From Eledone cirrhosa (taxonomy: Eukaryota), in NCBI GenBank assembly GCA_964016885.1, contig OZ024741.1:409448001-409512000 (forward strand): 64,000 nt of DNA, given 5' to 3'. This document shows, piece by piece, positions 1 to 16,551 of this stretch. The notes under the pieces were generated by a model that saw only the letters and a program-made list of their open reading frames with translations, had not been told where the DNA came from and searched no databases. Within the stretch, counting starts at the first letter, position 1; each line of letters starts with the position of its first letter. The translations under genes were made by a program, and so were the position numbers.

Positions 1-44
1 ATATATGAGAATGGAGTTCTATGTATATATATATATATATACAT

Positions 45-1478
45 AACGAAGGAAATGTGGTAAGGAACCAGGTGGACCATAACGCACCAAAGTACTCAAT
101 ACTTGAGGTAGTAGAGTGGGTAATAGGAACCAGTAAGACCCCGACAGCTGAGCTCAAGCCGTTTCGACGGCTAATTCTGGACTAAATGAAAATTTATCCT
201 GGTATTTAAATAGCCGATCTTCTCAAGGGGTAATTCCATATATGGTCAAAGTGATTGTCAAAAATCAGTAGTAATTCTGTGGTTGCAAATTAGTAGGGGA
301 GATGGTGGCTAAACCTGCCAGTAGGAGAAAGAGGGGCGGGGGTGGAGTAGACCCAATCAAGCGTTGGTAGTGCCAGCTACAGCTGGGCATGAGGTCAAAG
401 AAGATACAGGGGAGGGGGAGGGGGAGGAAGTCGGAACGGTAGGTAGAACAATGGGGGGTAGAAGGGGTAGAAATATATAGGAAAGAAAAAATACTGAGAG
501 TGAAGAAAAGCAAATAAGTGTAAAGAAAAAAGTAAAGTAAATTAAATTCTACGACCTAGGTCTCAGGCTATTGTTAGGCTAGAATAAAATAAATAAAGAA
601 AGAAAGAAGTAAAGAAAAAAATAAATAAAGAAATAACGATATAAGTAAAAGAACTAGGTGGGACGGGATAGGCAAGGACCCTTATAAGAGGTATAAGTAC
701 GTAAATGATACGGTGACGGGTCAACAAAAGGGGCCAAAATACTAAAGAGACTACCACGAAATAAACAATAAAGGTTTCCATCCCGGGCCAGCAACGGCCC
801 AGTGCAGCAAAGTGAACTTGTACGAGATAATAATTCTGAGTCCCGAGAAAAATATATACTAATGCTAACTCTAAAAGATCTAAAACAAGCTACATGAAAG
901 TTCGTACGAAATAAAGGTAGAATACGGAGAAATAAATTCAGAATCCACCCCGCCCAGAAGAAAAGCGGAGCAAGAAATACTGAAACGAAAAAATAAGGCA
1001 TAAGTGCCACTAAGAAATATAGAGGGCACAGAGAATAGTGGGAGCGGTCGGAAAAAGGGGGCAAGTATCCGGGGTCTAAGCCAACTGCTATAAAGGGCGG
1101 AGTCCGCCAAATCTATCATAGACTAGGGGAGGGGGTGGTGGGGGTACTAAGGCTACATGGGGCCAAAGGGCAGCCTCGGGTGGGCGAGAAAAGAAGCCGA
1201 CAAAGGAGAAGAGCTGGGGTAGAAGGACTAAGGAGAGAGGGGGGAAGGAAATAAAGGAAGCGATAAAAGAATACAAAGAAGATCTTACGTCTTCCTTGGC
1301 AAGCAGGGGTTACCCATTGCAAAATCGGCAAGTGGGGTGTTATAGCCCTAGTCTACCCCCCCGGGTCATTATGGGGTTTGAGGGCGAGGTAAGTCCTACG
1401 CAATCTATGTTTACATGCAGTAACCAGTTCATCTTTCTTGTTTAGGAGTTGGTCCGTCGAAAACAGCATTTGTAAAGG
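45..1478 (-). mobile_element. Penelope-like element family A, 3' portion (C-terminal end of the GIY-YIG ORF plus long 3' UTR/pseudo-LTR), ending in a (TA)n tract
   Basis: Minus-strand translation of ~1474-1340 gives QMLFSTDQLLNKKDELVTACKHRLRRTYLALKPHNDPGGRLGL*. This matches the LNxRxE...CxH C-terminus also seen in the GIY-YIG ORF at 22570 (LNVRSNLFNCCKHR). An inverted partial copy follows, as is typical of PLE insertions. Confidence 0.65.
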
Positions 1479-2043
1479 GTCCTTGCCTAATCCGTCCCAC
1501 CTAGTTCTTTTACTTATTTCGTTATTTCTTTATTTATTTTTTTCTTTATTTTTTTCTTTACTTCTTTCTTTCTTTCTTTATTTTATTCTAGCCTAACAAT
1601 AGCCTGAGACCTAGGTCGTAGAATTTAATTTACTTTACTTTTTTCTTTACACTTATTTGCTTTTCTTCACTCTCAGTATTTTTTCTTTCCTATATATTTC
1701 TACCCCTTCTACCCCCCATTTCTACCTACCGTTCCGACTTCCTCCCCCTCCCCCTCCCCTGTATCTTCTTTGACCTCATGCCCAGCTGTAGCTGGCACTA
1801 CCAACGCTTGATTGGGTCTACTCCACCCCCGCCCCTCTTTCTCCTACTGGCAGGTTTAGCCACCATCTCCCCTACTAATTTGCAACCACAGAATTACTAC
1901 TGATTTTTGACAATCACTTTGACCATATATGGAATTACCCCTTGAGAAGATCGGCTATTTAAATACCAGGATAAATTTTCATTTAGTCCAGAATTAGCCG
2001 TCGAAACGGCTTGAGCTCAGCTGTCGGGGTCTTACTGGTTCCT
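1479..2043 (+). mobile_element. Inverted partial pseudo-LTR of PLE family A (reverse complement of ~124-682)
   Basis: Near-identical inverted repeat of ~560 bp seen directly; ends in (TA)n. Confidence 0.85.
1811..1984 (+). promoter_or_regulatory. Putative Pol II promoter in the family A pseudo-LTR (CCAAT, GC box, TATA-like, Inr)
   Basis: ATTGG at 1811, CCCCGCCCC at 1827, TATTTAAA at 1956 and TCATTT (Inr-like) at 1979, with +1 A ~25 nt after the TATA. The same set is mirrored on the minus strand at ~185-360. Confidence 0.45.
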
Positions 2044-2097
2044 ATATATATACATATATATATATATACATATATACATATATATACATATATATAC

Positions 2098-2132
<35 letters not shown>

Positions 2133-2153
2133 CATATATAAACATATATATAC

Positions 2154-2204
<51 letters not shown>

Positions 2205-2269
2205 CATATATACATATATATACATATATACATATATATACATATATATATATATACAGATATAGATAG

Positions 2270-3923
2270 GTAAATATACACGGGTGTGTATGATTGTGTA
2301 TAGAAGATTATATTAATAAGAGGAATTCCAACTTTGTCTGATTTACTCGTTTTATTTACAATCCTTTAAAAATATATAATGGTATTATAATGAAATAGTA
2401 TGATACCATTTTAAATTCTAAGTGTTAATTGAACAAGTACTTTCATGCTTTCGCAATCTTCAGGTTCATGATATGTGGTGACAGTCGAGTTTGCAATTTT
2501 CAACTGTAATGAGATGGGTAAATTTCCTACCTTTTATACATTTTATACAGAGAAAAGTGGCTCCAGAATGCAAAGCCCTGTAAACTGTATTTCGACCAAT
2601 CAATGTGTAGTTTCACTGAATTACTACAGCTGATTGGTTTAAGCGTCACGGCTGGTTGAGCATGTTAACGACCAATAGTCATATCCAACGTATCAATTGT
2701 TTTGCTTTTTGAAATGATGAAAATAGCATTTTCTATTAATCATCACCATCAACATCACTTTTATTATTATTATTGTTGTTGTTGTTGTTAGTGGTCGTGG
2801 TCATAGTGGTAGTAGAAGTAATACCCCTAGGCGTTATTATTGTTCATTTAGCTTGGGTTTGAATTTATCAATAAAATTCTTTTCTTTGATTTTTCTCTTG
2901 ATTTCACTTGGGCTGTGTAATTTGTAGAATGGGAATATTATAAATATTCCCTGACCACATGTTGCCAGGTGGCCGCTTAGGGGTATCTGACGGACATTTG
3001 GGTCTCTGATTTGTTGACGGTGTACCCGTGCATGTTCCGATAGTGCATTTCCAGTTTGACCGACATATAGTTCTTCACAATTCGGGCATTTAATGCAGTA
3101 AATTAGATTTCTGCTTTTGCAGTTCATATTTGCATTTGGGAATATTTTTCCAGTTTTTGTTTTCATATATTGACCGGCGTGTATGGATTGACATGTGCCG
3201 CATCGATTATCATTGCATTTAGATACAGTGAATGATTGGTCTTTGTTGTTAAGGTCAAACTTTGCTTTTGTTAGCAATTGCTTCAAATTTTTTGGCTGTC
3301 TTTTACTAAGAGTCAAAGATCGATCTGTGATTAAGCCTTTTAATTCATTACTTTGAGCAATGATCGGTAGGTTTGCTTTGGCAGTGTTGAAGATATTCTG
3401 GTGACATGGGTTGTGTGTCATTATAAATGGTATGACCAGTTCTTGGTTTCTTCTTCTTTGGGTTGTTCTAAGTTGTTGTATAGGTATTTTTATAGCCCGC
3501 TGTATGCCATTTTCTATAAGTAGAGATGGGTATTTTTGTTTGAGCAAGAATTCTCTTAGTTCTGTTAGGCGTTTGTACCTGGTATTCGTATCTTCTACAA
3601 TGGTACAAATTCTTCTGGCTAGGTAGTATGGGATGTTGCGTTTTGTATGAGGTGGATGGCACGACTTAAAATTCAGATATTGATGGGTGTCTGTGTTTAT
3701 AATATATATCCGTGGTAATGGTGGTGTCGTTTTTGATTATCATTATATCTAGGAATGATAATTTGGTCCTACTCATCTCTTTTGTGAATTGGAGAGATGG
3801 GTGTAGGTTATTCAGGAGGATATTGAACTCATCCAGAGTATCTAGAGATTCTGTCCAGATGATGAAACAGTCGTCAAAGTATCTCTTCCAAGATTTTTCA
3901 ATGTACTTTCTAAAGTCAGTACT
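2270..3923 (-). mobile_element. 5'-truncated Penelope-like element (RT C-terminus + thumb + Zn linker + GIY-YIG), frameshifted; Neptune-like
   Basis: ORF 3666..3950 carries WKRYFDDCFIIW and FLDIMI. ORF 2837..3547 carries CNDNRCGTC...IYCIKCPNCEELYVGQT...HRQQ...KLN. There is a hammerhead in the 3' pseudo-LTR, and both ends lie in TA tracts. Confidence 0.9.
2430..2468 (-). ncRNA. Minimal type I hammerhead ribozyme (PLE-associated)
   Basis: Minus strand reads TGAAC-CTGAAGA-T-TGC(GAAA)GCA-T-GAAA-GTAC-TT-GTTCA: 5-bp stem I, conserved core and palindromic stem III (AGTACT). Confidence 0.8.
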
Positions 3924-4053
3924 TATATATATATATATACACACACACATATAACTTTGATAAGTTACAGCCAGTATTGGCCCAGGCCATGTCTAACTTA
4001 TATATATATAACTTATACTTATATATATGTCTAACTTATACTTATATATATAT

Positions 4054-7000
4054 CCTTGATGTTGCTGAATTGCCGAGAAATGTAATGTATTTTCACTTCA
4101 TTTTCTTGTCTCTCCAACATCCCTGGTCCATCGATATTTATTTATATTAAACTTCTCGTTTAACTTCTCATAATTATGGTCAAATGTGTAGGACCCTCAG
4201 AAAAATTCTGCTCGTTAACCTTCCCATTTCCCTCTCCCCACCTCCACAACCCACCATTACTATTTGGTCGAATCATAATTCAGCAGCTTATAATATGTTT
4301 CTCTCCCCAATGTCTTTCACCAAACCACCGCCTCGGCTAGTACTCCCTCCTCGATATGCTAGATGGACTACGGGATTTGGAGAGTCTGAAGAATGTGAAC
4401 ACTCAATGTCAAAGATAAAGATAAATTCACCTCCTGTTGTCAGACAAGAATGCAAGGACTCCTCATTAATTCAGACACGGATGGCTAACATAACCCCGTC
4501 CCCCTTACCCCTCACTGCACCTCCAACCCATCCTTTCCACCCACCAAACGTAATCCAAAACTTCAGAGTTGGTACCATGAATGTAGGCACCTTAAAAGGT
4601 TGCTCAAACAAGGTTGTAGAAATGCTTGAACGTAAGGGGGTTGATGTTTGCTGTATTCAAGAGACCAGGTGGAGGGGCAGGTCTACTAGATTCATTGTGG
4701 GTAAAAAACGATGCTATAAGCTTTTCTGGGTGGGAAATGACAATGGGATGGGTGGGGTAGGAATCATGTTAGCAGAAAAATGGGTGGATAAGATAATAGA
4801 CGTAAATAGAGTGAACGACAGAATAATTAAAATAAGACTTGTTCTAAATAGAACTACTGTGACAGTAATATCTGCGTACGCACCCCAATCCGGACTGCCT
4901 GGCGCTATAAAAGACAGATTCTATGAGACACTGATGCTCACTACCTCCCAAATAACCGACTGACTATATAATTATTGCTGCCGACGTAAATTGTCACGTT
5001 GGACAACATTGTGATGGCTATGACGGAATCCATGGAGGCTATGGGTTTGGTACTAGAAATGAGGAAGGCTCCAGAATCCTGGAATTCTGTGACGCAAATA
5101 ACCTAACTATCTGTAACACTAACTTCAAAATACGAGACAATCACTTGATCACCTACAGATCAGGGGAACATACCAGCCAGGTAGATTATATCCTTACCAG
5201 AAGACGTGACAGAGTGTCTGTTGTAAACACTAAATCCCTCCCCCATGAAGAATGCACCTCTCAACATAGACTCATAATTAGCGACCTCATAGTCAGGACG
5301 AGACATACTCGACAACAGAGGAAGACTATCCTCAGGAGAAAAATATGGAAGCTAAAGGACCCCACAGCCAGTAATAAATTTAAAAGCATATTACTTGATG
5401 CTTTCGACAGTAAGGAAGAGCAATTAGCGTCGTGCAATATAGACGAACAGTAGGAATTCCTGAAAGCAAACCTGCTGATGGCGGCAGATGAAGTCTGTGG
5501 CTGGAGCAGGCCTATAGGCAGGAGGAGAGTAATGTGGTGGTGGAACAGTAAGGTGGAGGAGTCAATTAAGGCCAAAAAGCAGGCTTGGAAAGTATAGCGG
5601 GATGGGGGAAGTAGAGAAGACTATCAAGTGGCCAGGAGGGAAGCTAGGAGACAAGTGTACTTCGCAAGAAGGCAAGCAGAGGAAAGAAAGTTCAAGCATG
5701 TTCTACAACGCGAGGACCAAAAAAGTGAGGTGTTCAGGATTGTTAGGCAATGTGTCAAGGAAAACCGTGATATTGTCGGGGAGAAGTGTGTCCTTAATTG
5801 ATGATGGTGTACTTGCCATCACTGACTTTAAGAAGGTAGCTTGGAAGTGTCACTACGAAAGGCTACTAAATGAGGAGAATAAATGGGAGAAAGACAGTCT
5901 CCCCCACATCGATCCAATAGAGGGACCAGCAGTGTTAGTCGAAGGTAGTATAATAAGTAAGTCAATCAAAGATATGAAGACGGGTAAGGCGGCTGGGCAT
6001 TCGGAAATAGTTGCTGAAATGCTGAAAGCTTCTGGAACGGTGGGACACATTATGGTCACCCGGATAGTAAACCAAATCATACAGAATGGGGTTGTTCCAA
6101 AGGACTGGCGTAGCAGCATCATCATTAACTGCTACAAGGGTAAAGGAGATGCCCTAGATAGGGGTAACTATAGAGGCATTAAATTAATCAACCAGGTCAT
6201 GAAGGTCACAGAAAAAGTAATAGCGCAACTAATCAGAGAGGAATTGATCTAGATGAAATACAGTTCAGATTTGTGTCAGGTAAAAGTACCACAGACGCTC
6301 TTTTCATTGTACGACAACTACAGGAGAAGTACCTAGCTAAAAGTAAACCCCTATACTTAGCTTTTGTTGACTTAGAGAAAGCCTTTGACAGAGTCCCCCA
6401 TTCCATTATCTGGTGGGCTCTTAGAAAACTAGGTGTTGATGAATGGCTTGTAAGAGCTATACAAGCCATGTATAAAGAAACAGTCAGCAAGGTTAGAATT
6501 AACAACGAATATAGTGAAGAGTTTAGCGTAAAAGTTGGTGTTCATCAGGGCTCCATTCTTAGCCCCTTACTATTTATTATTGCCCTTCAGGCTATAACAG
6601 AGGAGTTCAAGACCGGCTGCCCATGGGAACTCCTATACGCCGATGATCTAACGCTCATAGCTGAATCAATGGCTGAACTAGAGAAGAAATTCCAAACATG
6701 GAAGCATGGCCTAGAATCAAAAGGCCTTAAAGTTAACTTGTCTAAGACTAAAGTTCTAGTATGTAGGAAGGAAAATAGGGCACCGGTCCCATCCGGGAAA
6801 TGGCCATACTCAGTGTGTAGGAAAGAAGGAGGCAGAAACTCCATTTTATGCCCCAAATGCAAAGTATGGGTGCATAAAAGAAGTAGTGGGATCACAGGTA
6901 AGCTAACTAAGAACATAGATTTTACATGTGGCCGGTGCTCTGGTGCAATAAGTAAGAGCAAGTGCCCACATAATACTAGCTCATTCCATTGCACAGATGG

Positions 7001-7978
7001 TTCTATAGAAATAGTGGACAGCTTCCGTTACCTGGGTGACAAAATCAGCAGTGGTGGAGGGTGCTCTGAAAGTACAGTAGCTAGAGTCAGAACTGGATGG
7101 AAAAAGTTCCGAGAGCTTATACCACTATTAGCCGCTAAAGGGTTCTCTCTAAAAATGAAAGGCAGGTTGTATGATGCCTGCATACAAACAGCAATGTTAC
7201 ATGGCAGTGAGACCTGGGCATTGTGTGCAGAGGATATACGCAGACTGGAGAGGAACGAAGCTTGCATGCTCCGCTGGATGTGTAATAGTAATATACGTGA
7301 ACGGCAAAGCATAAACGAACTAAGGGAAAAATTAGAAATAAGAGGGATCAAATGTTGTTTACTCGAGAGAAGACTACGTTGGTACGGTCACGTGATGAGC
7401 ATGAAAGACGACAGCTGTATAAAAAAGTGCAGGGCAATAAAAATAGAAGGTAGCCACGGAGTAGGCAGACCCAGAAAAACCTGGGATGACCTGATAAATT
7501 CCGACCTCACACACTTACACCTCTCCAAGACAATGTCCATGGTCCGAGACCTTTGGCGCTACACAGTAATACAGAAGACCCGCCTTACCTAAGTACAGAG
7601 TGAAACTTACTACAGTCAGTAGGCACCTCTAACAAAAATACACCCCCGTCCCACTACCCCCACCCCATCCACACCACCCCTTTCAATGTAAAGTTATGTT
7701 GGTACCACAACATCCATTCCGAAACAAATGAGGTTGTGTAGGTGTCACGACAATAATACACACAGTCCACGCTGTAATGTGGCTGTGTAGGTAACACGGT
7801 AAAAACCTCCCAGACCCACACTGTAAATGTGGTTGGTGTTACGAAGGGCATCCAGCCGTAGAAAACCTGCCAAATAGTCCTATACGAGCAAGACAACCAC
7901 TCTTGCCTCAAGTGGGAAAACTCCCGTCCAAACCCATGCAAGCGTGGAACATGGACGTTAAACGATGATGATGATGAT
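4054..7978 (+). mobile_element. RTE-clade LINE family R1, near full length, degenerate (APE endonuclease + RT + PHD insert), (GAT)n tail
   Basis: APE motifs VGTMNVGTL, CIQETRW, SAYAPQ and QVDYIL; RT motifs NYRGIKL, FVDLEKAFD, GVHQGS and LLYADD; C-terminal GRPRKTW. Several stops and frameshifts. The 3' UTR ends in gatgatgat followed by (TA)n. Confidence 0.92.
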
Positions 7979-8043
7979 ATATGTATATATATATACAGTA
8001 TATATATATGTATATATATATATATGTATATATATATATACAG

Positions 8044-8075
<32 letters not shown>

Positions 8076-8112
8076 GTATATATATATATGTATATATATA
8101 TACAGTATATAT

Positions 8113-9145
<1,033 letters not shown>

Positions 9146-9229
9146 ACATATATATAAAGAAAAAGAGATGAAATCGAAAATGCAACTGGAGTCTTATTTT
9201 TTTTTTAAATATATATATTTATTTGGTTC

Positions 9230-9265
9230 CTTTACCGGTTTCGCAGTTCTTCTGCTTTTCAAAAG
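9230..9265 (-). ncRNA. Minimal hammerhead ribozyme with U3-A8 core variant, in a short PLE pseudo-LTR fragment (~9157-9300)
   Basis: Minus strand reads CTT-TTGAAAA-GCAG(AAGAA)CTGC-GAAA-CCGG-TA-AAG: palindromic stem III (ACCGGT), GUA cleavage triplet and only 3 bp of stem I. Confidence 0.6.
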
Positions 9266-9320
9266 TAGAGTTGAGATGGACGGTCTGTGGTTTTTCTCAC
9301 ATACATATATATATATATAT

Positions 9321-9594
9321 ATCATCATCATCGTTTAACGTCCGTGTTCCACACTTGCATGGGTTTGGACGGGAGTTTTCCCACTTGAGGCAAGAGTGAT
9401 TGTCTTGCTCGCATAGGACTGTCTGGCGGGTTTTCTACAGCTGGATGCCCTTCCTGACACCAGCCACATTTACAGTGTGGGGCTGGGAGGTTTTTACCGT
9501 GTTGCCTACACGGCCACATTACAGCGTGGACTGTGTGTTTTTTTTGTCGTGACACCTACACGATCTCATTTGTTTCGGCCTGGATGTTGTGGCA
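9321..9594 (-). mobile_element. RTE family R1 3' UTR fragment
   Basis: Reverse complement of ~7705-7975; (CAT)n tail. Confidence 0.88.
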
Positions 9595-9636
9595 TATATA
9601 TACATACATATATATATATGTAAATATATATATATA

Positions 9637-12784
<3,148 letters not shown>

Positions 12785-12804
12785 ATATATATATATATAT
12801 ATAT

Positions 12805-13477
12805 ATCATCATCATCATCATCAATGTTTAACGTCCGTGTTCCACGCTTGCATGGGTTTGGACGGGGGTAGTCCCACTTGAGGCAAGAGTGATTGTCTTG
12901 CTCGCATAGGACTGTCTGGCAGGTTTTCTACAGTTGGATGCCCTTCCTAACACCAACCACATTTACAGTGTGGGTCTGGGAGGTTTTTACCGTGTTGCCT
13001 ACACGGCCACATTACAGCGTGGACTGTGTGTTTTTTTGTCGTGACACCTACACGATCTCATTTGTTTCGGCCTGGATGGCGCGGCACCAACATAACTTTA
13101 CATAGAACGGGGTGGTGTGGATGGGGTGGGGGTGGTGTGGATGGGGTGGGGGTGGTGGTGGTGGGACGGGGTGTATTTTGTTAGAGATGCCTACTGGCAA
13201 GGCGGGTCTTCTCTGTTACTGAGTACCGCCAAAGGTCTCGGTCCAGTGACATTGTCTTGGAGAGGTGTAAGTGTGTGAGGTCGGAGTTTATCAGCTCGTC
13301 CCAGGTTTTTCTAGGCCTGCCTATTCCGTGGCTACCGTCTATCTTTATTGCCCTGCACTTTGTTATACAGCTATCGACTTTCATGCGCATCACGTGTCCA
13401 TACCAACGTAGCCTTCTCTCGAGTAAACAACATCTGATCCCTCTTATCTCTAATTTTTTCCTTAGTTCGTTTATGAT
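12805..13477 (-). mobile_element. RTE family R1 3' fragment
   Basis: Minus-strand [28 protein letters not shown]...GRPRKTW plus 3' UTR and (CAT)n tail. Confidence 0.9.
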
Positions 13478-13618
13478 TTTATATATATATACATATATAT
13501 ATACATATATATATATATACATATATATATACATATATATATATACATATATATATAAACATATATACATATATACATATATATATACATATATATATAT
13601 ATATACATATATATATAC

Positions 13619-13659
<41 letters not shown>

Positions 13660-13689
13660 CATATATATATAAACATATATACATATATA

Positions 13690-14027
13690 ATACAGGGTAC
13701 CCGACCTCCCATGGGTACATGCTGAAGCATATAAACAATATGCCCCCCCCCCCACCGCAAGGTGGTCGTGGAGGTGCCACGGCAAAAAAGGACCCAGCCC
13801 ACACTGTAAAGTGGACGTGTAGGCGCCACGAAAAAGCACCCAGCACTCATTGTAAATGAGGTTGGTGTTAGGAAGGGCATCCAGCTGTAGAAATCAAGCC
13901 AGATCAGTTCCTGTATGAGCAAGGCATGGTCAGCCGACCAGACACTGCCCACAACAAGACAACCCGTCTAACCCATGCTAGCGTGGAAGAACGGACGTAA
14001 AACGGTGATGATGATGATGATGATGAT
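13690..14027 (+). mobile_element. RTE family R2 3' fragment
   Basis: Matches 26613-26945; (GAT)n tail. Confidence 0.88.
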
Positions 14028-14072
14028 ATATACATATATGTATATATATATATATACATATATGTATATATA

Positions 14073-14825
14073 CTAGCAGAAGTACCCGGCGTTGCCCGGG
14101 TGTAAGTCGACCTTTGGTCTGTTAGAATGTGTGAAAGTTACTTCCCGCGCATCACAGGTTCAAAACTTCGAACTTCAATGAAAAAAAATAGGTTAGTAAA
14201 CAGGTGTGTAATTTATTAATTGTAGTTACACAGTGTATCGTTGAAATTGTTCTCTGCACGACTGACGGAAGTCAAAATCGCTTGATATTGAATGTTCAGT
14301 TAATTTAAAGCAGGGTGAAAATGTTGATTACTTTCAGGGTTTTTTTTTTTTTACAATTTTTGCGCTCACATGTGCAGAAGAAGAATTAAAAGGGCCTTTA
14401 TCTTAACCGCGGCATAATGGCGAGTCTTTTGTGACAGTTTTCAAAAATATAGGACCATCCTGTAAAAAGTTTTCCTATGTGTAACTTTGCCTTGTTTTTT
14501 TGCGCAAAGTCGAGCCCCGCTTCAGTTTTATTGATTTTTTACATCAATGCGTGATCTCTGAAGTAGATTTGAGTAGCTAAAAACCTGTCCCGGTAAATTT
14601 GCTATAGGTGAAAAAAAGTTGATCAAAATTGTATCTAGGGTTATTGCCCTTTGCCACAGCCTCAAGCCTCGTCTGACGGGATGTTGGTGATTCCGCCGTC
14701 AGCGCTTGTTGGCGACGAAGGCGAACATCAGCAAGCCTTGTCGTACGTGATGTTGGTGACTCAACCAGTGTAGCATGCAAGTTCCGAACACCAAACAATG
14801 TCCATCTTCCCTTTATATATATAGA
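14073..14825 (-). mobile_element. Non-autonomous Helitron (~750 bp)
   Basis: Minus strand starts A|TCTATATATATAAAG and ends with the hairpin CCCGGGCAACGCCGGG-tacttctg-CTAG|T. Inserted between A and T with no TSD. Contains internal 23-aa STPR-like repeats. Confidence 0.85.
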
Positions 14826-14876
14826 TATATATACCTATATGTATATATATATATATATATATACATATATATATAC

Positions 14877-14927
<51 letters not shown>

Positions 14928-14940
14928 CATATATATATAC

Positions 14941-14991
<51 letters not shown>

Positions 14992-15022
14992 CATATATAC
15001 ATACATATACATATATATATAC

Positions 15023-15061
<39 letters not shown>

Positions 15062-15287
15062 TGTGAATGTATATATATATATGTATGTATATATATATGT
15101 ATGTATATATATATATGTATGTATATATATATATGTATATATATATGTATATGTATATATATATGTATATGTATGTATATATATATATGTATGTATATAT
15201 ATATGTATGTATATATATATATGTATGTATATATATATGTATGTATATATATATATGTATGTATATATATATGTATGTATATATATA

Positions 15288-15897
15288 TGTCAGGTCACCA
15301 GTTGGTGCTACTGGTAACATGTATCCCAGTACATCCTGTCTCATGGTCGGGTCGTTGGTGACTAAACTGGCAACCCCACCAAGGTTGTTTGGTGAGGAGG
15401 GTGACTTTGGACATCCTGCAGGACTAAAAACAACACCTGTCAAAGGGCAAAGGAGCTCTTAAGAGTCAATGGCCATCCAAAATCACTGGGAGAGATGACC
15501 CCTTAAGCTTTGTCAAGGCAGAATTCTAGGAGAAGGAAAACTCTGATATAACACCTGTAAACTTGATGGTATCCAATGATGTTGACTTGTTCTTCTTTTT
15601 GGTAAATATCATCTTGGTTAAGAGAGTGGGACTGGCTTTGTGCAGTGCTTTTGCTCACTATAAAAGCTTCACGGCACAGGCATAGCTTTATATCTGGAGA
15701 TCTCTCTGCACTTGTCATCACATGATACCATGGGCCCAGCACTATGTGTCAATAATTGTCACAGGTGTAGTGTTTGTACCAGAGTTTTCAAGTCGCTGGC
15801 TGGACTAAAGTCACATTCGTTCAGCGCATCGGTAGGGGTTCTCCTACATGGATATAAAGTAGTGGCCGTACTCGAAAACGAGTTGGCAGCCACCATA
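15288..15897 (+). mobile_element. Internally deleted (bipartite) non-autonomous RTE-like element
   Basis: The 5' part has an HDV-like fold and GGAGAAGGAAAACTCTG, reminiscent of RTE 5' UTRs (recalled). The 3' part encodes a C2H2-type remnant [17 protein letters not shown] typical of RTE ORF C-termini. Flanked by TA tracts. Confidence 0.6.
15315..15370 (+). ncRNA. Degenerate HDV-like ribozyme
   Basis: TAACATG/CATGGTC (P1, damaged), CCAGT/ACTGG (P2), ACA/TCT (P3, one mismatch), L3 TCCTG able to pair with GG (P1.1), TCG-TTGG-TGA (P4) and J4/2 C-TAA. Confidence 0.5.
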
Positions 15898-15902
15898 TAT
15901 GA

Positions 15903-15968
<66 letters not shown>

Positions 15969-15985
15969 ATATATGTATATATATA

Positions 15986-16057
<72 letters not shown>

Positions 16058-16331
16058 GCGCCATCCAGGCCGAAACAAATGAGATCATGTAGGTGTCACG
16101 ACAAAAAAACACACAGTCCACGCTGTAATGTGGCCGTGTAGGCAACACGGTAAAAACCTCCCAGTCCCACACTGTAAATGTGGTTGGTGTTAGGAAGGGC
16201 ATCCAACTGTAGAAAACCTGCCAGACAGTCCTATGCGAGCAAGACAATCACTCTTGCCTCAAGTGGGACTACCCCCGTCCAAACCCATGCAAGCGTGGAA
16301 CACGGACGTTAAACGTTGATGATGATGATGA
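16058..16331 (+). mobile_element. RTE family R1 3' UTR fragment
   Basis: Matches the R1 3' UTR; (GAT)n tail followed by (TA)n. Confidence 0.88.
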
Positions 16332-16343
16332 TATATATATATG

Positions 16344-16427
<84 letters not shown>

Positions 16428-16465
16428 TGTATGTATATATATTTATATATATATATATATATATG

Positions 16466-16547
<82 letters not shown>

Positions 16548-16551
<4 letters not shown>

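Noticed and set aside
265-1331. Hydrophobic Phe/Leu/Pro-rich minus-strand ORFs
   Set aside because: They come from the pyrimidine-rich PLE 3' UTR and have no recognisable domain.
1985-2043. Canonical HDV-like fold for the family A leader
   Set aside because: There is no L3 UCC/GG P1.1 pairing or C-NAA J4/2 in the right order; kept only as an unexplained structure.
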